From the human T2T-CHM13v2.0 reference genome, Homo sapiens, in assembly GCF_009914755.1 (NCBI RefSeq), contig NC_060927.1: a stretch of 64,000 nucleotides of DNA. One strand, written 5' to 3'. Below, in pieces: positions 59,706 through 64,000 of the stretch. Each line of letters opens with the position of its first letter. Position 1 is the first letter of the stretch. Position numbers and translations under genes: made by a program. Below the pieces are notes generated by a model. The model saw nothing but the letters and a program-made list of their open reading frames with translations. It was not told the origin of the DNA and ran no database searches.

Positions 59706-61839
59706 CTGGCAAGGCTTTTTTAAGAACCAAGTTACTGCATGTAAAGTTCTGGAAATACTGCAGTTAGAAAAAAATTAATAAATGCAGATATAGTCATATA
59801 CCAAATTAGTAAGCCTCCTCAGTCAGTGATGGTAAAATGGGGTCACGTTTATGTTTAACTCCCAAATGTCCAGGATCCTAATTCTGAGTACTGTGTTGAT
59901 TCTACCTTTCCAAATACCCTAAAATTTTCTCTGAATTTCCCTAATTGCTCTCTCCTGTGTGTTCACAAAATGATCTGAGAACAACTCCAGTTGGGATCCT
60001 CATCAGGTAGAATCCACTACATTTTTCTCTCTTTCATTGTCACTGCCAAGGGTGCCCCTTCTTAGGTGACCAGAGTCCAGGCCAGGGATATTGTCCCTGA
60101 TGTTCTCTTTATCATTGCTCCCTAGGGTGACCCAGTGATGCTGGGTCCTGGAGGCAGTGAGGAACTACCTGGGCCTCCGATTCATTTCTTATTTCCTAAA
60201 GCAACTCAGCAAACTCCAAAGAATCAGCAGCATTCAAGAATAATCCCATCTCCATTATTCTTCACCCTTCAGAAAACAGAATCTGCCCAACATGACTGAA
60301 TAACACCAGCTCTAGAGATAGACAACATCTTCAAATTTGTGGCCATTTCTCTCTACACTCAACAAAACCTCCATGGCAGCCTCACATGTCAGAAACCTGA
60401 GACTCAGTCTCGGTCAGGTCACACATGGTATTTGAGCCAGCTCTTCATTTATCAAAACAAACACAGAGTGTAGAACCCACCCACAACCAGTGACCACATG
60501 CTTGGAGGACAGAGAGATGGATGACATATGGGTTTGCAGAGGTCAAGTGGCCTCCAAGGAAGAAGGTGAATATGATTTGTTGGAGAGCAAATAAATCAGC
60601 TTCTTCCCTCCTCCCTTTCTTACACATGTCATGTGATATATAGGTTTTTCTAACAATAAAAACAAATTATGATGATAACAAGGTCAAGGTATAGCATTTA
60701 TTATAACTCAGTTTGGCTTTATAAGGAAATACAGGTATTAGGTCAATAAATAATTTGGGTATGTATTGAAATTATCATCAATTGATATTACATCTTAGTA
60801 TTTAAAAATGTATAAAAATTCCTTTTTGTAATATCAAACTTTAGACACATGTAAATAATTAAGCCTCTGTTAATGTAGTGGGGTCAAAAGGTATGTGCTT
60901 TGGGAAACCTATTTAATTTTTACAAACAAAACACTAGCAATAAACACTAATACAATAATATATTAAAACTCCCTTGGAGTTATCTTTCCAGCCCTTCGAA
61001 GCTAACTTTGTGCTGTGGTTGAGAAAATCTGCCCACTAAATCTATCAGTAAATGGCTAGTTGTGTACCAGTAAGATTTCAATAAAATCTTGCATGAAATG
61101 GGTCTCACACTTACAGCAAAATGAATCTGAAACAATTAAGAAGGGATATAAGGTCCATGGTGCTATGAAAGGCTAATTTCAGGAGGCGGCAACCAGGCAC
61201 CCAAGGAATATAAGGGACATTTCATGGAGCCCACCCCTTCCAGCCACAAATGGCTGCTCTGTGTAGATGCTGCTGAAGGTTCTCCACTCTAATGGTGAGC
61301 CCCAGACATTAATACCTCACCAAACAACAGTTTTTAATAAATTATTACTGCTTTTCCATTTTCTCTTAATTTTATTAGTCTTCCATATCCTTCTCTGCTA
61401 AATTAATACTTCTCTACTTGTTGTATTTCATCTCTATTGAGGATGTATGACTGCTGACTGCTTCACCATTTCAAATGAATGAAACTGGATTATGTCTGTT
61501 TCCTTAATTACCCCTAATTTTAGTAGAGAGGTGGCCTCCAGAATGCCCTCCAGTGCTGTATGATAAGGGAAGAAAGCTCTGAGAACTGAGTCTGGAAATC
61601 TGACCAGGCCTACTGAGCAGGGGAAGGCTGAAAGTGCCCAGGTAACTTTTTCCTGAAAGGGTCTAGGGTGAGGACAGAGTGGTGGAGAGAAATGCAGCAA
61701 GTCTGGAAGAAACCAGATGTCTTCACTGACCAACTCAGTTCAGAGAAATTACTTAGTAAAAGTAATTTAGGAAAAGAAGCAATAAAAGTTCTATTAATAT
61801 TTTGATGTGAAGGGTCTATTGTGTTTATTGTTGTTTCAA

Positions 61840-63435
61840 ACTTTTATTTTGAAATAATATAGATTCACATGTAGTTGTAAGAAATAATACAGAGTTCTTT
61901 TAGTACCCTTTGCCCAGTTTCCTCCACTGGCAACATCTTGCAAAACATCAGTACAAAAAAGCAGGATACTGACATTGATAACAGTCTAGATGCAGAATAC
62001 TTACATCACTACAAGGATCCCTCACATTGTCCTTTTTCTAGCCTCACTTCCTTCTTTGCTGTTCCCTGGAAACTACTAATCTGTTCTCCATTTCTATCAT
62101 TTTGTCATTTTATGAATGTTATAAAAATGGAGTCATACAATTTGTAACCTTTTGAGATTGGCTTTTTTTTTCTCTTCCACTCAGCATAATTCTCTGGGAA
62201 GTCATCCAAGTTCTGTGTGTTGATAGTTAATTCCTTTTAATTGCTGGTATGATATGGATATGCCATAATTTGTTTAAACCATTGAAGGACATTGGGGTTG
62301 TTTCCAGTTTGGGATTTTTACTGTGAATAAGAATGCTATAAACATTCATGCACAGGTTTTAGTGTCAACATAAGTTTTGATTATTCTGGGATAAAAGCCC
62401 AGGAGTACAATTGCTGGGTCAATGGCGGTTACATGTTTAGTTTCTAAAAAAACTGCTGTTTTCCAGGTGGCAGTAACATTTTACATTCCCTCCAGTAGTT
62501 TATGTGTGACTCAATTTCTCTATATCTTCAACAGCATTTGATTTCGGCATTATTTTTTATTTTGCTGATTCTCATAGGTATGTTGTGATATTTCATTGTG
62601 GTTTTGTGTTTTCCTTATGGAGAATGATGCTGACCACTGTTTTATGGGCTTATGTGACATTTGTATATATTCTTCAATATAGTGTCTTTGCATATATTTT
62701 GCCCATTATCTAATTGAATTGTATGTTTTTAGCATTTTTAAAATATTCTAGATGCCAGTCATTTAGTGGGTATGTAGAGTGGAAGTATTTTCTCCAAATC
62801 CATACCTTGTATTTTCATTATTTTAAGAGGGTCTTTTGAAGAAAGAAAGTTGAAAATTTTGGTGAAGCTCAATTTATCAATATTTTCCTTTTATATGTTA
62901 TGCTTTCAGTGTTCGATCTAAAAACATTTTGGCTAGTCCTCGATCTTGAAGATTTTCTTTTATGCTTCTATTCTGAAAGTTTTACAGTTTTACATTTTAT
63001 GTTTAAGTCTGTGATCCATTTTGAATAAACTTTCGCATAATGTGTGTGGTTTACATCAAGGTTTTGTTTCTGTTTTTTGCCTGTGGATATTCAATTGCTC
63101 CAGTACCATTTGTTGACAAGGCTATTGCTCCTACACTGAATTGCATTTACATCTTTCTTAAAAATGATCAAGTTGTACTTATATGGTTCTATTTCTGGGT
63201 TCTTTATTCTGTTCCATTGATCTATATGTTTATTCCTTTACGAATACTACCAGTCTTGATTCCTATATCTATATAATAAGTTTTGAAATTGAGTAGACTG
63301 ATACCTCCTACTGTATTCTACCTTCTCAAAATTGTTTTGGATATTCTAGCTCCTTTGCCTTTTCATGTAAATATTAGAGTAACATTGTCTATATCTACAA
63401 GAAATCTTGTCGGGATTTTGAATTAAACTTAACAT
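61840..63435 (-). mobile_element. L1MC1/2-type 3' fragment (3' UTR plus degraded ORF2 end)
   Basis: TTTTATTTTGAAATAATATAGATTCACATGTAGTTGTAAGAAATAATACAGAG start; antisense ORF2-like sequence to about 63430. Confidence 0.9.
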
Positions 63436-63440
63436 TAAAT

Positions 63441-64000
63441 GGAGGTGGAGCCAAGATGGCCGAATAGGAATGGCTCCAGTCTACAGCTCCCAGCGTAAGC
63501 GCTGCAGAAGATGGGTGATTTCTGCATTTCCAACTGAGGTACCAGGTTCATCTCACTGGGGAGTGCTGGACAGTGGGTGCAGAACAGTGGGTGCAGCGTA
63601 CCATGCGTGAGCTGAAGCAGGGCGAGGCATCGCCTCACCCAGGAAGCACAAGGGGTCAGAGAATTCTCTTTCTAGTCAAAGAAAGGGGTGACAGATGGAA
63701 CCTGGAAAATCGGGTCACTCCCACCCTAATACTGTGCTTTTCCAATGGGCTTTACAAATGGCACACCAGGAGATTATATCACGCACCTGCTTCAGAGGGT
63801 CCTACACCCACGGAGCCTCACTCATTGAAAGCACAGCAGCCTGAGATCAAACTGCAAGGCAGCAGAGAGGCTGGGGGAGGGGCGCCAACCATTGCTCAGG
63901 CTTGAGTAGGTAAACAAAGCGGCCGGGAAGCTCGAACTGGGTGGAGCCCACCATAGCTCAAGGAGGCCTGCCTGCCTCTGTACGCTCCACCTCTGGGGGC
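63441..64000 (+). mobile_element. L1PA (about PA4-PA6) 5' UTR, running off the window
   Basis: GGAGCCAAGATGGCCGAATAGGAA start with intact YY1 site (63452-63462); duplicated ACAGTGGGTGCAG; inserted into the older L1MC. Confidence 0.95.
63818..63892 (-). pseudogene. Disabled L1 ORF0 remnant
   Basis: Translates MVGAPPPASLLPCSLISGCCAFNE*, matching the primate L1 ORF0 N-terminus as I recall it (MAGAPPPASLPPCSLISDCCASNQR...) with a premature TGA. Confidence 0.8.

Noticed and set aside
63573-63905. 110-aa plus-strand ORF and 67-aa minus-strand ORF at 63435-63638
   Set aside because: Incidental frames in the L1 5' UTR; ORF1 would begin beyond the window.

Overview
Primate (very likely human/hominoid) non-coding genomic DNA, intergenic or deep intronic; I could not identify the locus. 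I find no credible protein-coding exon, rRNA, tRNA, CRISPR array or CpG island. The ORF track is explained by Alu/L1/L2/LTR-derived or chance ORFs. The window is a mosaic of interspersed repeats: 12 Alus, L1 fragments, the 5' UTR of an L1PA element at the right edge, many L2/MIR relics, MaLR solo LTRs, and hAT/Tigger MITEs. Repeat family names come from recalled consensus similarity and boundaries are approximate. The most notable observations are an 87-bp near-perfect dispersed duplication (40675-40761 vs 45896-45982), an Alu whose right-arm core is replaced by 51 nt partly matching a site 2.4 kb upstream, a near-consensus CTCF motif in a TE-poor AT-rich island, a six-element nested TE stack, a disabled L1 ORF0, and several motif-dense unique segments that look like enhancers. 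I see no evidence of a new multi-gene system.
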